From: Clostridium tepidiprofundi DSM 19306
GTDB taxonomy: Bacteria > Bacillota > Clostridia > Clostridiales > Clostridiaceae
NCBI RefSeq assembly: GCF_001594005.1
Contig: NZ_LTBA01000009.1
Coordinates: forward strand, 1 to 64,000
Direction: 5' to 3'
Length of the DNA stretch: 64,000 bases
Positions 10,352-20,643 of the stretch are shown one piece after another; position 1 is the first letter of the stretch; each line of letters starts with the position of its first letter. A program made the translations under genes and the position numbers. The notes beneath the pieces are model-generated. The model saw only the letters and a list, made by a program, of their open reading frames with translations. It was not told the DNA's origin and ran no database searches.

Positions 10352-11785
10352 ATGTACGATATTACAATTATTGGGACAGGAGTTATTGGATGTAACATAG
10401 CAAGGGAGCTTTCAAGGTACAATCTAAATATATGTGTACTAGAAAGAAATTCAGATATTGCAGAAGGGACAACTAAAGCAAATAGTGCCATAATTCATGC
10501 GGGTCATGATGCCGAGCCGGGTACGTTGAAAGGAAAATTAAATGCTAGAGGTAATAGTATGTTCGATAAATTGTCTAAAGAATTAGATTTCCCTTTTAAG
10601 AGAAATGGTTCTCTTGTTTTATGTTTTGATGAAAATGAAAAAGATAAGCTTTTAGAACTTAAAGAAAGAGGAGAAAAAAATGGAGTTCCTGGTTTGGAAA
10701 TTTTGGAAAAGGAACAAGTATTAAAAAGAGAGCCTTACTTATCAGAAAAAGTTGTTGCAGCTCTTTATGCACCAACTGGAGGAATTGTGTGTCCATATGA
10801 AATGACAATTGCTTTAGCAGAAAATGCTTATACAAATGGTGTAGAATTTTATTTTAATACTTTTGTTAATGATATAGAGAAAAAGAATGATTATTTTATA
10901 GTTAAAACAAAGAACAAATATATTGAAACTAAGATTGTAATAAATGCTGCGGGTTTATATGCAGATAAAATAAATAATATGGTTAGTGAAAATAAAATTA
11001 ATATAATTCCACGTAGAGGAGAATATTGCTTATTTGATAAGTCGGTTGGTAATATGGCTAAATGTACATTATTTCAGTTACCTACTGAATTAGGTAAGGG
11101 CGTACTAGTAACTCCTACTGTGGATGGAAATTTGTTAATTGGACCTAATAGAATAGAAATTGGTGATAAAGAAGATGTAGCAACTACTCAAGAAGGAATA
11201 AGCGAAATTTTAAATAAAGCTAAGCTAACTTTAAAAGAAATTCCAATGAGGCAGCTTATAACTTCCTTTGCAGGACTTAGAGCACATTCTTCGGAAGATG
11301 ATTTTATAATTGGGGAAGCAGAAGATGCTAAAAACTTTATTAATGTTGCTGGAATTGAATCACCGGGATTATCAAGTGCACCTGCTATTGCTGAAATGGT
11401 GGTTAATATTGTTAAAGATAAATTAAATCCAGAATTGAATAAGAAATTCAATCCAATAAGAAAAGGAATACCAAAATTTAGAGAAATGAGCAATGAAGAA
11501 AGGAAAGAATTAATAAATCAAGATGCATCATATGGAAGAATAATATGTAGATGTGAAACGGTTACAGAGGGTGAAATAATCAATGCTATAAAAAGACCAC
11601 TTGGAGCAAGAACATTAGATGGAGTAAAAAGAAGAACAAGGGCAGGAATGGGAAGATGTCAATCAGGTTTTTGCTCAACGAAAATAGCCGATATACTTTC
11701 AAGAGAATTAAATATTTCTAGAATGGATATTGTCAAAAACGAACAAGAATCAAAAATTTTAATAGGGAAGAATAAGACATTATAA
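10352..11785 (+). CDS. glpA: FAD-dependent glycerol-3-phosphate dehydrogenase (GlpA-like, with C-terminal BFD-like [2Fe-2S] domain)
   Basis: GTGVIGCNIA dinucleotide-binding fold; C-terminal CRCETVTEGEI...CQSGFC; start at MYDITIIG after aaggaggt. Confidence 0.8.
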   Translation: MYDITIIGTGVIGCNIARELSRYNLNICVLERNSDIAEGTTKANSAIIHAGHDAEPGTLKGKLNARGNSMFDKLSKELDFPFKRNGSLVLCFDENEKDKLLELKERGEKNGVPGLEILEKEQVLKREPYLSEKVVAALYAPTGGIVCPYEMTIALAENAYTNGVEFYFNTFVNDIEKKNDYFIVKTKNKYIETKIVINAAGLYADKINNMVSENKINIIPRRGEYCLFDKSVGNMAKCTLFQLPTELGKGVLVTPTVDGNLLIGPNRIEIGDKEDVATTQEGISEILNKAKLTLKEIPMRQLITSFAGLRAHSSEDDFIIGEAEDAKNFINVAGIESPGLSSAPAIAEMVVNIVKDKLNPELNKKFNPIRKGIPKFREMSNEERKELINQDASYGRIICRCETVTEGEIINAIKRPLGARTLDGVKRRTRAGMGRCQSGFCSTKIADILSRELNISRMDIVKNEQESKILIGKNKTL

Positions 11786-11807
11786 TATTAGAATGGAGGA
11801 AGCTGTT

Positions 11808-13064
11808 ATGCTTAATTATGATATTGTAATCATAGGTGGTGGTCCTGCGGGTCTTGCAGCTGCTATAAAGGCAAAAGAAGATGGAGTAGATAATATATTA
11901 ATATTGGAAAGAGATAATGTTTTAGGTGGAATTCTTAATCAATGCATACACAATGGATTTGGGCTTCATACATTCAAGGAGGAGTTAACAGGACCTGAAT
12001 ATGCTCAAAGATTTATTGATAAAGTAATTGATATGGAAATACCATACAAGTTAAATACAATGGTAATAAATATAAATTCAGATAAAACAATAATTGCTGT
12101 AAATGAAGAAGAAGGATTATTAGAAATCAAAGCAAAAGCAATAATACTAGCTATGGGATGTAGAGAAAGGCCTAGAGGTGCTATTAATATACCAGGAGAT
12201 AGGGGAGCTGGAATATTCACAGCAGGAACAGCTCAAAAATTTGTTAATATAGATGGATTAATGCCAGGACGTGAAGTAGTTGTGCTCGGTTCTGGAGATA
12301 TTGGTCTTATTATGGCTAGAAGAATGACATTAGAGGGGGCAAAAGTAAAAGCTGTTGTAGAATTGATGCCATATTCTAGTGGACTAAAAAGGAATATTGT
12401 GCAGTGTTTAGATGATTTTAATATTCCATTAAAATTTTCTCATACTGTAATAAATATAAAAGGTAAGTATAGAGTAGAGGGTGTAACCATAGCTAAAGTT
12501 GATGAAAATAGAAAACCAATAAAGGGTACTGAAGAATATATAAAATGCGATACACTTTTGCTTTCTGTGGGTCTTATTCCAGAAAACGAGTTATCTAGAA
12601 ATGCAGGTATTATGCTATCAAATATCACAGGAGGACCTATTGTTAATGAAAGTTTACAAACAAATGTAGAGGGTGTATTTGCATGTGGAAATGTTTTGCA
12701 TGTACATGATTTAGTTGACTTTGTAACAATTGAAAGCTATAATGCTGGGAAAAGTGCGGCAAAATATGTTAAAGGTCAAAGATTCTCTAATGAAGGTAGC
12801 ATAAAAATCGAAGCTAAAGATGGAGTTAGATACACTGTACCTAAAAGCATCAATATTGACAATGTAGAAAAAATGGTTGAATTGAGATTTAGAGTTTCAG
12901 ATGTATATAAAGATAGCTATGTTTCAGTATACTTTGATGATGTTAGAGAAATTTATAAAAAGAAAAAAATACTTACTCCAGGTGAAATGGAAACGGTTAT
13001 TATTACGAATGAAATGCTAAAGAAATATACGGATACTAGAAAAATTACAGTTAGAATAGAATAA
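11808..13064 (+). CDS. NAD(P)/FAD-dependent oxidoreductase partner of GlpA
   Basis: GGGPAG and second GSGDIG Rossmann motifs; conserved GlpA / oxidoreductase / DUF1667 trio. Confidence 0.75.
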   Translation: MLNYDIVIIGGGPAGLAAAIKAKEDGVDNILILERDNVLGGILNQCIHNGFGLHTFKEELTGPEYAQRFIDKVIDMEIPYKLNTMVININSDKTIIAVNEEEGLLEIKAKAIILAMGCRERPRGAINIPGDRGAGIFTAGTAQKFVNIDGLMPGREVVVLGSGDIGLIMARRMTLEGAKVKAVVELMPYSSGLKRNIVQCLDDFNIPLKFSHTVINIKGKYRVEGVTIAKVDENRKPIKGTEEYIKCDTLLLSVGLIPENELSRNAGIMLSNITGGPIVNESLQTNVEGVFACGNVLHVHDLVDFVTIESYNAGKSAAKYVKGQRFSNEGSIKIEAKDGVRYTVPKSINIDNVEKMVELRFRVSDVYKDSYVSVYFDDVREIYKKKKILTPGEMETVIITNEMLKKYTDTRKITVRIE

Positions 13065-13087
13065 TTGTATTCTTGGAGGTGATAAAA

Positions 13088-13456
13088 TTGAGTAATAAGG
13101 TAGAATTAACATGTATAGGTTGTCCAATAGGATGCCAGTTAGAAGTAGAAATAGAAGATAAAAAAATTATAAAAGTAAAAGGAAATTCATGTATAAGAGG
13201 AGAAATATATGCTAAGAAGGAATGTACTAATCCTACAAGAATAGTTACATCTTCGGTGTGTGTTGAGAATGGAGTTATTGATGTAGTTTCTGTTAAAACT
13301 GAAAAAGATGTACCTAAAAACAAGATTTTTAAAGTTGTTGATGAATTAAAAGATGTTGCAGTTAAAGCACCAGTAAAGATAGGGGAAATTATTGTGGAAA
13401 ATGTTGCTAATACTGGTGTGAATATTGTAGCAACTAAAAATGTTGAGGCAAGGTGA
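13088..13456 (+). CDS. DUF1667 domain protein (Cys-rich; CIGCPIGC)
   Basis: Small Cys-cluster protein in the third position of the clostridial glpA trio; TTG start after ggaggtga. Confidence 0.6.
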   Translation: MSNKVELTCIGCPIGCQLEVEIEDKKIIKVKGNSCIRGEIYAKKECTNPTRIVTSSVCVENGVIDVVSVKTEKDVPKNKIFKVVDELKDVAVKAPVKIGEIIVENVANTGVNIVATKNVEAR

Positions 13457-13482
13457 CGCTGAAAGAAGGAGTGTAGCTATAG

Positions 13483-14042
13483 TGAATTTAAAAGACATGA
13501 TTGTAGAAAATCCAGTAATTGCAGCAATTAGAAATGATGAAGAATTAGAAAAAGTGTTATCTAGTGATGTATCAATTGTTTTTATTCTTTATGGAACTAT
13601 AACAAATGTATCGGATATATGTAATAAGTTAAAGTATAAAGGTAAAATTATTTTTATTCATATTGATTTTATAGATGGTATAAAAGCAAATGCAGCGAGC
13701 ATTAAGTTTTTAAAAGATAGCTTGCCAGTCGATGGTATTATAACAACCAAAGCGTCAAGCATAAAATATGTTAAGCAAAATGGTTTGTATGCAATACAGA
13801 GAATATTTCTTATAGATACGCTTTCGGTCGAAACAGGAATAAAAAGTGTTTATGAAACAAAACCGGATGCAATTGAAATAATGCCTGGTATTGCAAGCGA
13901 TGCTATTAAGGATATAAAAAACAATGTTAGAATACCTATTATTGCTGGTGGTCTTGTAAAAACAAAAAAAGATGTAATTAATGCTCTTTCATCTGGGGCA
14001 GTTGCAGTTTCAACGTCAAAATCAGTATTGTGGGATTTATAA
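13483..14042 (+). CDS. glpP: glycerol-3-phosphate responsive antiterminator
   Basis: PVIAAIRN ... RIPIIAGGLV ... AVAVSTS blocks match the GlpP (G3P_antiterm) family; start GTG/ATG ambiguous (13483 or 13498). Confidence 0.8.
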
Positions 14043-14070
14043 AAGGTATAAGGTATTTTCAAAAAAATAA

Positions 14071-14140
14071 GGCATTTGAAAGAAAATAACAAGTCAAAGA
14101 TGCGAAGTATATTTTGTGAACTGTTATTTTCTTAAATGCC
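14071..14140 (+). terminator. long imperfect hairpin after glpP (ggcatttgaaagaaaataac / gttattttcttaaatgcc)
   Basis: About 19-bp imperfect stem with a roughly 30-nt loop. Confidence 0.35.
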
Positions 14141-14364
14141 TAATATTTGAGAATAATTATTTGTGATAAAAGCTATATTTAGTAATAATATATAGCTTTT
14201 ATTTTTTTTAGCTTATAATGTATGAAAAAAATGTTGAAATAGATAATATATTGTAGTAATATATTCGTATGATTTGACGTGGTATAGAAAACTATATATT
14301 AATGTATACTTATAATATGGTTAAGAAAGATAAATGAAATCGATATATTTAAGGAGGCAAGTAA

Positions 14365-15225
14365 ATGGCCGTTAGAATAATTACAGATAGCACATCGTAT
14401 CTTCCAGAAAGCCAAATTAAAAAATATGACATAATAATATCTTCATTAAGTGTTGTATTTGAAAATGAAAGTATTAAGGAGATTGACATAGATAATAGTT
14501 CCTTTTATGAGAGACTGGAAAACAGTACAACCATACCTAAATCTTCTCAGCCCTCAATCAGTGAACTTTATGATATTTTCGAGAAAGAAGTGAAAGCAAA
14601 GAATGATATAGTTGGAATATTTATATCTTCTGAAATGAGTGGTACATATTCTTCAGCTTGTATGGTAAAGAATATGATATTAGATGAATATCCAGATGCA
14701 TCTATTGAAATTGTTGATTCAAGGTCAAATTGCATGCAACTTGGTTATACAGTTATATCTGCAGCTAAAGCGGCGCAAGAAGGAAAAAATATTAGTGAAG
14801 TTGTTTGTATTGCACAAAAAACAATAAGAAGCAGTAAGTTCCTTTTTATTCCAAATACATTAGAATATTTAAAAAAGGGTGGTAGAATAGGGAATGCAAG
14901 TGCGTTAATAGGTTCTTTATTGAAGATAAAACCAATATTAACTGTATCAAAAGGTAAAACAGATATTGTTACCAAAGTGAGAACAAAAAAGAAAGCCCTT
15001 CAGACAATAATAGATATATTTATTAAAGACGGCAAAGAGTATGGTTTAGAAAAGGTAATAGTGCATCATATTAATGATAGAGAAGGTGCAATGGAATTTG
15101 CAGATCAAATCAAAAAAATAATTGGGAAACAGGTTCAGATAAGTAATATAGGCCCTGTTATTGGAGCACATGTTGGACCAGGTGCATTAGGAATAGTGTA
15201 TTGTACAAACAATGAAATGGTATAA
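14365..15225 (+). CDS. DegV family fatty-acid-binding protein
   Basis: RIITDSTSYLP N-terminus and overall DegV organisation; RBS aaggagg. Confidence 0.85.
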   Translation: MAVRIITDSTSYLPESQIKKYDIIISSLSVVFENESIKEIDIDNSSFYERLENSTTIPKSSQPSISELYDIFEKEVKAKNDIVGIFISSEMSGTYSSACMVKNMILDEYPDASIEIVDSRSNCMQLGYTVISAAKAAQEGKNISEVVCIAQKTIRSSKFLFIPNTLEYLKKGGRIGNASALIGSLLKIKPILTVSKGKTDIVTKVRTKKKALQTIIDIFIKDGKEYGLEKVIVHHINDREGAMEFADQIKKIIGKQVQISNIGPVIGAHVGPGALGIVYCTNNEMV

Positions 15226-15250
15226 ATAATGATATGATAATTTTTGAATA

Positions 15251-15285
15251 ATATAGACCCTCATATTTTATTGTGAGGGTCTATA
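15251..15285 (+). terminator. perfect 13-bp hairpin atatagaccctca / tgagggtctatat
   Basis: Seen directly; weak U-tract. Confidence 0.5.
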
Positions 15286-15416
15286 TACATATATTAACCA
15301 AATAATGCATAATTTAACTTAGAATTTATGAGAGTAATTTGTTGAAGCTAGTTATTAAAAAGGTATATAATGAATAGGTATGATATAGTACATTACAAGC
15401 AGAGGGGGAACAGATT

Positions 15417-17030
15417 TTGACGAAAAAAAAGAAAGGTGCTTTGGTGGTATCTGTAATAATAATTGTTGTACTGATTTCAGGTTTTTTATATGCTTTTTAT
15501 TCTTACGAAAAGTATAGTCATGTCATCAAAAAAAATAATATAAAATTAAAAGGTGATATTAACACAAAATCGGATGAAAAAGGTGATGAAAATTCTAAAA
15601 AAGAAAAAGATAAATATAAAGAAATTGATGGTATATCAAATATTCTACTGGTAGGTATTGATGCAAGAACGCTTAATGAACCTTCAAGATCAGATGCAAT
15701 AATGATTTTAACATTAGATAATGTACATAAAAAAATAAAACTAACATCGATAATGAGGGACACATATGTAGAAATACCTAAGCATGGAGAGCAAAAAATA
15801 ACACATGCTTTTGCCTATGGAGGAATAGATTTATTAAAGGACACTATTGAAAGGAATTTTAAAATTAAAATTGATAACTTTGCAATTATTAATTTTGATG
15901 GATTTAAGGAATTGATAGATAGTATTGGCGGCTTAGAGATTAATGTAAAAGATAGTGAATTAAGAGAATTAAACAGATGTATATTGTTAGAAATACAAGA
16001 TAATCCAAAGTTAAAATTAAAAGACGCACACTATTTAAAGAAATCTGGCTTGCAACTTTTAAATGGGCAACAAGTACTTGCATATTCAAGAATGAGGCAT
16101 ATAGGAAATGGATGCTATGATAGATCTAAAAGACAGAGATATGTTGTTAATTTAATTGCTGATAAATTAAGGGATACTTCATTGCTCAAATATCCAACTG
16201 TTGCTCAAAAATTGCTTAAATGTGTAAGAACTGATCTGCAGTTTACTGAGGCACTAAATGTTGCATATACGGCATATAAAATAGGAGATTTTAACATAGA
16301 ACAATTGCAAATACCAGCTGATAAGTTAAGTTATGGGCGAATTTATAAGGATAAAGGATGGGTATTGCTAATAGATAAGGAACAAAATACTGATGTTCTT
16401 CATAAATTTATTTTCGATGATATTAAGTATGATCCTTCGAAATATAGGACTTTTATATATAGTAAATCAAAATATTATTATAAGCCACCAGTGGAAAAGA
16501 AAAAGATTGATGAAGATAAAAAACAGGATAATACAGATAAAAATGATGCGGGCAAACAAAAAGATGTTAATAATCAAGATATTAATAATCAAAACGATAC
16601 AGACAAATCAAAAGAAAATAATGAAAAAGATACTATAGATAATTCTAAACATAATAATAAACAAGAAGATAATATTAAGAATGATGATTCTACTAATAGT
16701 GAAACAAAAGATGAACAAGATAATCAAAACAAATTAAATGATAATGATAAGCAAACAAAACAAACAGAAGAAGATGATCAAACGGAAGAAAATAAACAAA
16801 CTGATCAAGATAAACAAACAGAGCAAGATAATCAAAACACTGAACAAAATAAGAATAAGAATAGCCAAAACGATAAAAGCAATGATAATGCAAAAAATAA
16901 AGATAAGCAAAGTGATATAGTAGATTTAGATGATAAAAGTTTTTATGAAGATGCTACTTCGAATGATAAAGTAAATACTAAAGCTAGTAGTGATAATAAT
17001 ACGGATGAAAAATCAAGCGATAAACAATAG
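15417..17030 (+). CDS. LCP family protein (LytR-CpsA-Psr) with a roughly 200-aa D/K/N/Q/T-rich low-complexity C-terminal tail
   Basis: N-terminal TM anchor, LCP core (LLVGIDAR ... SIMRDTYV ... FAYGG ... LAYSRMRH), then a repetitive KQTEQDNQN tail. Confidence 0.8.
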   Translation: MTKKKKGALVVSVIIIVVLISGFLYAFYSYEKYSHVIKKNNIKLKGDINTKSDEKGDENSKKEKDKYKEIDGISNILLVGIDARTLNEPSRSDAIMILTLDNVHKKIKLTSIMRDTYVEIPKHGEQKITHAFAYGGIDLLKDTIERNFKIKIDNFAIINFDGFKELIDSIGGLEINVKDSELRELNRCILLEIQDNPKLKLKDAHYLKKSGLQLLNGQQVLAYSRMRHIGNGCYDRSKRQRYVVNLIADKLRDTSLLKYPTVAQKLLKCVRTDLQFTEALNVAYTAYKIGDFNIEQLQIPADKLSYGRIYKDKGWVLLIDKEQNTDVLHKFIFDDIKYDPSKYRTFIYSKSKYYYKPPVEKKKIDEDKKQDNTDKNDAGKQKDVNNQDINNQNDTDKSKENNEKDTIDNSKHNNKQEDNIKNDDSTNSETKDEQDNQNKLNDNDKQTKQTEEDDQTEENKQTDQDKQTEQDNQNTEQNKNKNSQNDKSNDNAKNKDKQSDIVDLDDKSFYEDATSNDKVNTKASSDNNTDEKSSDKQ

Positions 17031-17069
17031 TTTATCTTAAGGAGTTGGTTACGAAAAGGAGAGATATAA

Positions 17070-18548
17070 GTGTCTAAAAGTAAAAAGATTATTTTAGGAA
17101 TAATAATAGCATGTATTACGGCAGTCGTGTTTGCAGGGGTTTCTTACTATTCTTATGTTTATTATTCCTATAAGAAAACTAGTTATGTTGAGGAAAAAGA
17201 ACAAAATCAAAGTAACGACAATGAAAACAATAAAGAGATAAATAATAGAGATAAAAAAGTAGATAATAGCAATGAAAATGACAATAAAGAGAGCAATAAA
17301 AATAATGATAAAGAAGAATTAAAATATAAAGAGGTTGAAGGAATAACAAATATATTGTTAGTTGGGACAGATGCTAGAGATTATACTAAAAAGTCAAGAG
17401 CAGATACTATAATGATTTTAACAATAGATGATATTCACAAAAAAATAAAATTAACTTCCATAATGAGGGATACATATGTATCAATTCCGGGGCATGGTGA
17501 ACAAAAAATAAATCACTCATTTGCATACGGCAAAGCATCGTTGTTAATGAAGACTATAGAATCGAATTTCAATATTAAGTTGGATAAATATGCTGTAATA
17601 AATTTCTTTGGATTTAAAGATTTAGTAGATACGATAGGTGGATTAGATATAAATGTAAGTGAAGCTGAAAGGAAAGAATTAAACAGATGTATAATAGGAT
17701 TAGAAAATTATAAAAAGGATTTCTTTGGAGAGAAACCTCACTACTTAAAAAAATCTGGTTTGCAGCATTTGGATGGACAACAGGTTTTAGCGTATGCTAG
17801 AATGAGGCACATAGAAAGAGGTTGCTATTCAAGAGATGAAAGGCAAAGAAAAGTTGTTAATATGATTGCTAAAAAATTAAAAAATATATCTATACTAAAA
17901 TATCCTGAAGTGCTTTCAAAATTATTTCCTTGTGTTAAGACTAATATAGAATTTACTGAGGCACTCAATTTAGGATATACTATATACAAAATAGGAGATT
18001 TGAACATAAAACAACTTCAAGTTCCAGCAACAAAATTAAGTCATGGAATGATATATAAGAATAAAGGATGGGTTTTACTTATAGATAAAACTCAAAATAC
18101 AAATATGATTCATAACTTTATTTTCAAAGATATTCCCTATGATGCTTCTAAATATAAAATGTTTGACTATGTTAAATCAAGATATTATTATAAACCTCAA
18201 ATTAAGGATAATAGCAAGAAAATATCAACCAAAATTAATGACAGTATTACTGATAATACGAGTGGCAAGAGTATTATTAAAGATAGTAAAAAGAATAGTA
18301 AAAAGGATGATAAAAAAGATAACGATATTAGGAATGCCAATAAGACTGATAACAAAAATGATAATAAAACTGATGAAAAAATCAATAATAAAGATAAAAA
18401 CGATACTGTGTTTGATTTGGATGATAAAGAATTTTATACCAATGGTGTCCAAAATAATAGTGATACCAATAATGGAAATGAGCTAATAAATGATAAAAAT
18501 GATAAAAATGATAAAAAAAATACCGAGGACACAAAAAACCCTGATTAA
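17070..18548 (+). CDS. LCP family protein paralog with a D/K/N-rich low-complexity tail
   Basis: Same LCP core blocks as the upstream paralog, about 60% identical by eye; GTG start after aaaaggagag. Confidence 0.8.
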   Translation: MSKSKKIILGIIIACITAVVFAGVSYYSYVYYSYKKTSYVEEKEQNQSNDNENNKEINNRDKKVDNSNENDNKESNKNNDKEELKYKEVEGITNILLVGTDARDYTKKSRADTIMILTIDDIHKKIKLTSIMRDTYVSIPGHGEQKINHSFAYGKASLLMKTIESNFNIKLDKYAVINFFGFKDLVDTIGGLDINVSEAERKELNRCIIGLENYKKDFFGEKPHYLKKSGLQHLDGQQVLAYARMRHIERGCYSRDERQRKVVNMIAKKLKNISILKYPEVLSKLFPCVKTNIEFTEALNLGYTIYKIGDLNIKQLQVPATKLSHGMIYKNKGWVLLIDKTQNTNMIHNFIFKDIPYDASKYKMFDYVKSRYYYKPQIKDNSKKISTKINDSITDNTSGKSIIKDSKKNSKKDDKKDNDIRNANKTDNKNDNKTDEKINNKDKNDTVFDLDDKEFYTNGVQNNSDTNNGNELINDKNDKNDKKNTEDTKNPD

Positions 18549-18560
18549 TCAGGGTTTTTT
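18533..18560. terminator. bidirectional terminator aaaaaaccctgatt / aatcagggtttttt shared by the convergent LCP and MFS genes
   Basis: Perfect palindrome flanked by an A-run and a T-run; both stop codons lie inside it. Confidence 0.75.
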
Positions 18561-19822
18561 GTGTGTAAATATAAGAATCTGTTAATCACTATTATAAATA
18601 TACCTATAAATAGGAATAAAGCATAAATAGAGTACTTATCAGCTATATATCCAAACAAAGGAGCTAAAACAATAGAAAAAAGGGATTTCAACTGACTGTC
18701 AACTGACATAACTGTTGCTCTTTCATGCTTGCTCATATTATCACCACATACAGCAACAACTAAAGGCCTTCTAGCATCTTTTAGAAGGTATAGAATGAAG
18801 AAAATAATGATGATTATAATAGTAAAATTGTTTTTAATTGCAGCAAATAATGCAAAACAAGCAATTCCCATTATATCGAAAAAAATGTTCATTAATTTAC
18901 TAGAGTTATATTTATTATTCAGTCTATAAACATTTCTTGAAGCTATTGAGCTAAATATATAAAATACACCATATATTATTCCAAGATAAATTTTCATAAT
19001 AGCATCTTTATTAAAATCATTAAAATATGAAATAGTAAATACAAGTAAAGTGGATTTTAAAATAGGCTGTATATAATCCTTTATAGTTTTAAATATTCCA
19101 TTATATAATGATGAACTTAAAAGAACTTTAGTCAATAATTTATTGGTAAAAATGCTCTTTAGCTGAATAGGAATTTGCTTTAAAAATTCAGCAATACTTA
19201 AGCTGGTTTTACGTCTTTCATCTAAGCTATTTGGGTATGACCAAATTAATAAGAAATCAAGAATGTACGGTACAATGCAAAGCAAAAATATCCATCTTAT
19301 TGTGGGAAGATTCAAAACAAAAATTATTGATAAAAATGCTGATATAGAAGAACCAATTAGAGAAAATGAGCGAGTTCTACCATATACAAATGTTTTATAC
19401 TCAAACCATTCTTTTTGTTCTAAGTATGAGTAAATCATTGCTTTGTGTGTTCCAGAACGAAATGCTTCTCCTAATCCAAAGAAAATCATTGCTAAAGATA
19501 GCAAATAAAAATTTGTACCTATAAAAAATAAAACAAATGAAATAATATAAAATGTAAAACATATCATAAGTTCTTTTTTTCTCCCATAATTATCGGCAAA
19601 AATACCAGAGGGAATTTCAAAAATATAAGTAATGATTTCCTTTATTGAAAACAAAAGACCAATTTTAAAGAGATTTAATCCTAATGATAAAAGATAAATC
19701 CATAAATAAGGTTCAAAAAATCTTAGATTTTTTAATAAACCATAAAAACAAAATTTCCATATTTGACTATCTTTTTTGATTTGGTTGTAAATGGTCAAAG
19801 TATCACCTCTTTTCATATTCAA
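18545..19822 (-). CDS. MFS transporter
   Basis: 425-aa, roughly 12-TM hydrophobic protein with MFS-like loop motifs (GADNYGRKK). Confidence 0.7.
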   Translation of the reverse strand: MNMKRGDTLTIYNQIKKDSQIWKFCFYGLLKNLRFFEPYLWIYLLSLGLNLFKIGLLFSIKEIITYIFEIPSGIFADNYGRKKELMICFTFYIISFVLFFIGTNFYLLSLAMIFFGLGEAFRSGTHKAMIYSYLEQKEWFEYKTFVYGRTRSFSLIGSSISAFLSIIFVLNLPTIRWIFLLCIVPYILDFLLIWSYPNSLDERRKTSLSIAEFLKQIPIQLKSIFTNKLLTKVLLSSSLYNGIFKTIKDYIQPILKSTLLVFTISYFNDFNKDAIMKIYLGIIYGVFYIFSSIASRNVYRLNNKYNSSKLMNIFFDIMGIACFALFAAIKNNFTIIIIIIFFILYLLKDARRPLVVAVCGDNMSKHERATVMSVDSQLKSLFSIVLAPLFGYIADKYSIYALFLFIGIFIIVINRFLYLHTKNPD

Positions 19823-20002
19823 GAATATTTTATCACATTTTAGTACTAAAGAATATTTTTCATGATAAAAAGTAAATAAAAATAAGTAATAAAAACAATA
19901 TTATTTTAATAAAATTTTAAAGGAAAAATTATGATTATATAGAAATAAATAATATAAATTATATAATGGTTAAAGGAGAGATCGGTTAAAGGGGAGATGT
20001 AT

Positions 20003-20641
20003 ATGTCATCTTGGTGGAACAACCTTACAGGGTTTCAAAGGTTTTTTTGGGGAATGGCAATTCCGTTTACAGTATTGTTCATTATTGAAATGATTATCAT
20101 GGCTATGGGAATTGATAATAGTGGCGATTTTGATGGTGATTTGAGTAGTAGTGGAGATGTAGATAATGGAATTGATATAGACATTGATGATAATTCGGAC
20201 ATGAAGATTCCTTTGAATTTTAGATTATTTACTATTAGAAATTTTATTATTTTTGGTGCCATTTTTTCTTGGGCAGGTATTGTAGGTATTAAAAACAATT
20301 ACAGTAAGTTTAAAACATTAGTTTTTGCGTTTTCACTTGCATTTGTAGTTGTTTTGATATTATCAATAATTTTCTGTTTATTGTTAAAGGCAACTCAAAG
20401 TGGAACTATGGACTTAAAGAATGCAATAGGCAGTGAAGGAGAAGTATATTTTACTATTCCTGAAAATGGAAAGGGGGAAGGTAAGATACAAGTGATTATT
20501 CAAGGAGCACTTAGAGAATTGGAGGCGATAAGTAACAAGGGGGAGATTAGAACAGGCGAAAAGGTAAGGGTGATAGGTATCAATGAGAAAAATAAATTGA
20601 TAGTTGAACCAATAATATTAATTGATGAAGGGGAGATATAA
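20003..20641 (+). CDS. NfeD-like membrane protein with C-terminal OB-fold (YuaF-like)
   Basis: TM helices plus a C-terminal beta-rich domain, immediately upstream of and coupled to the flotillin gene. Confidence 0.6.
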   Translation: MSSWWNNLTGFQRFFWGMAIPFTVLFIIEMIIMAMGIDNSGDFDGDLSSSGDVDNGIDIDIDDNSDMKIPLNFRLFTIRNFIIFGAIFSWAGIVGIKNNYSKFKTLVFAFSLAFVVVLILSIIFCLLLKATQSGTMDLKNAIGSEGEVYFTIPENGKGEGKIQVIIQGALRELEAISNKGEIRTGEKVRVIGINEKNKLIVEPIILIDEGEI

Positions 20642-20643
20642 TA

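Noticed and set aside
16393-16920. ORFs 16393-16638 (+), 16693-16893 (-), 16738-16920 (+) and 18139-18486 (+), 18197-18452 (-)
   Set aside because: They lie in alternative frames of the low-complexity repetitive tails of the two LCP genes. Long ORFs are expected by chance in AAR/GAT-rich repeats.
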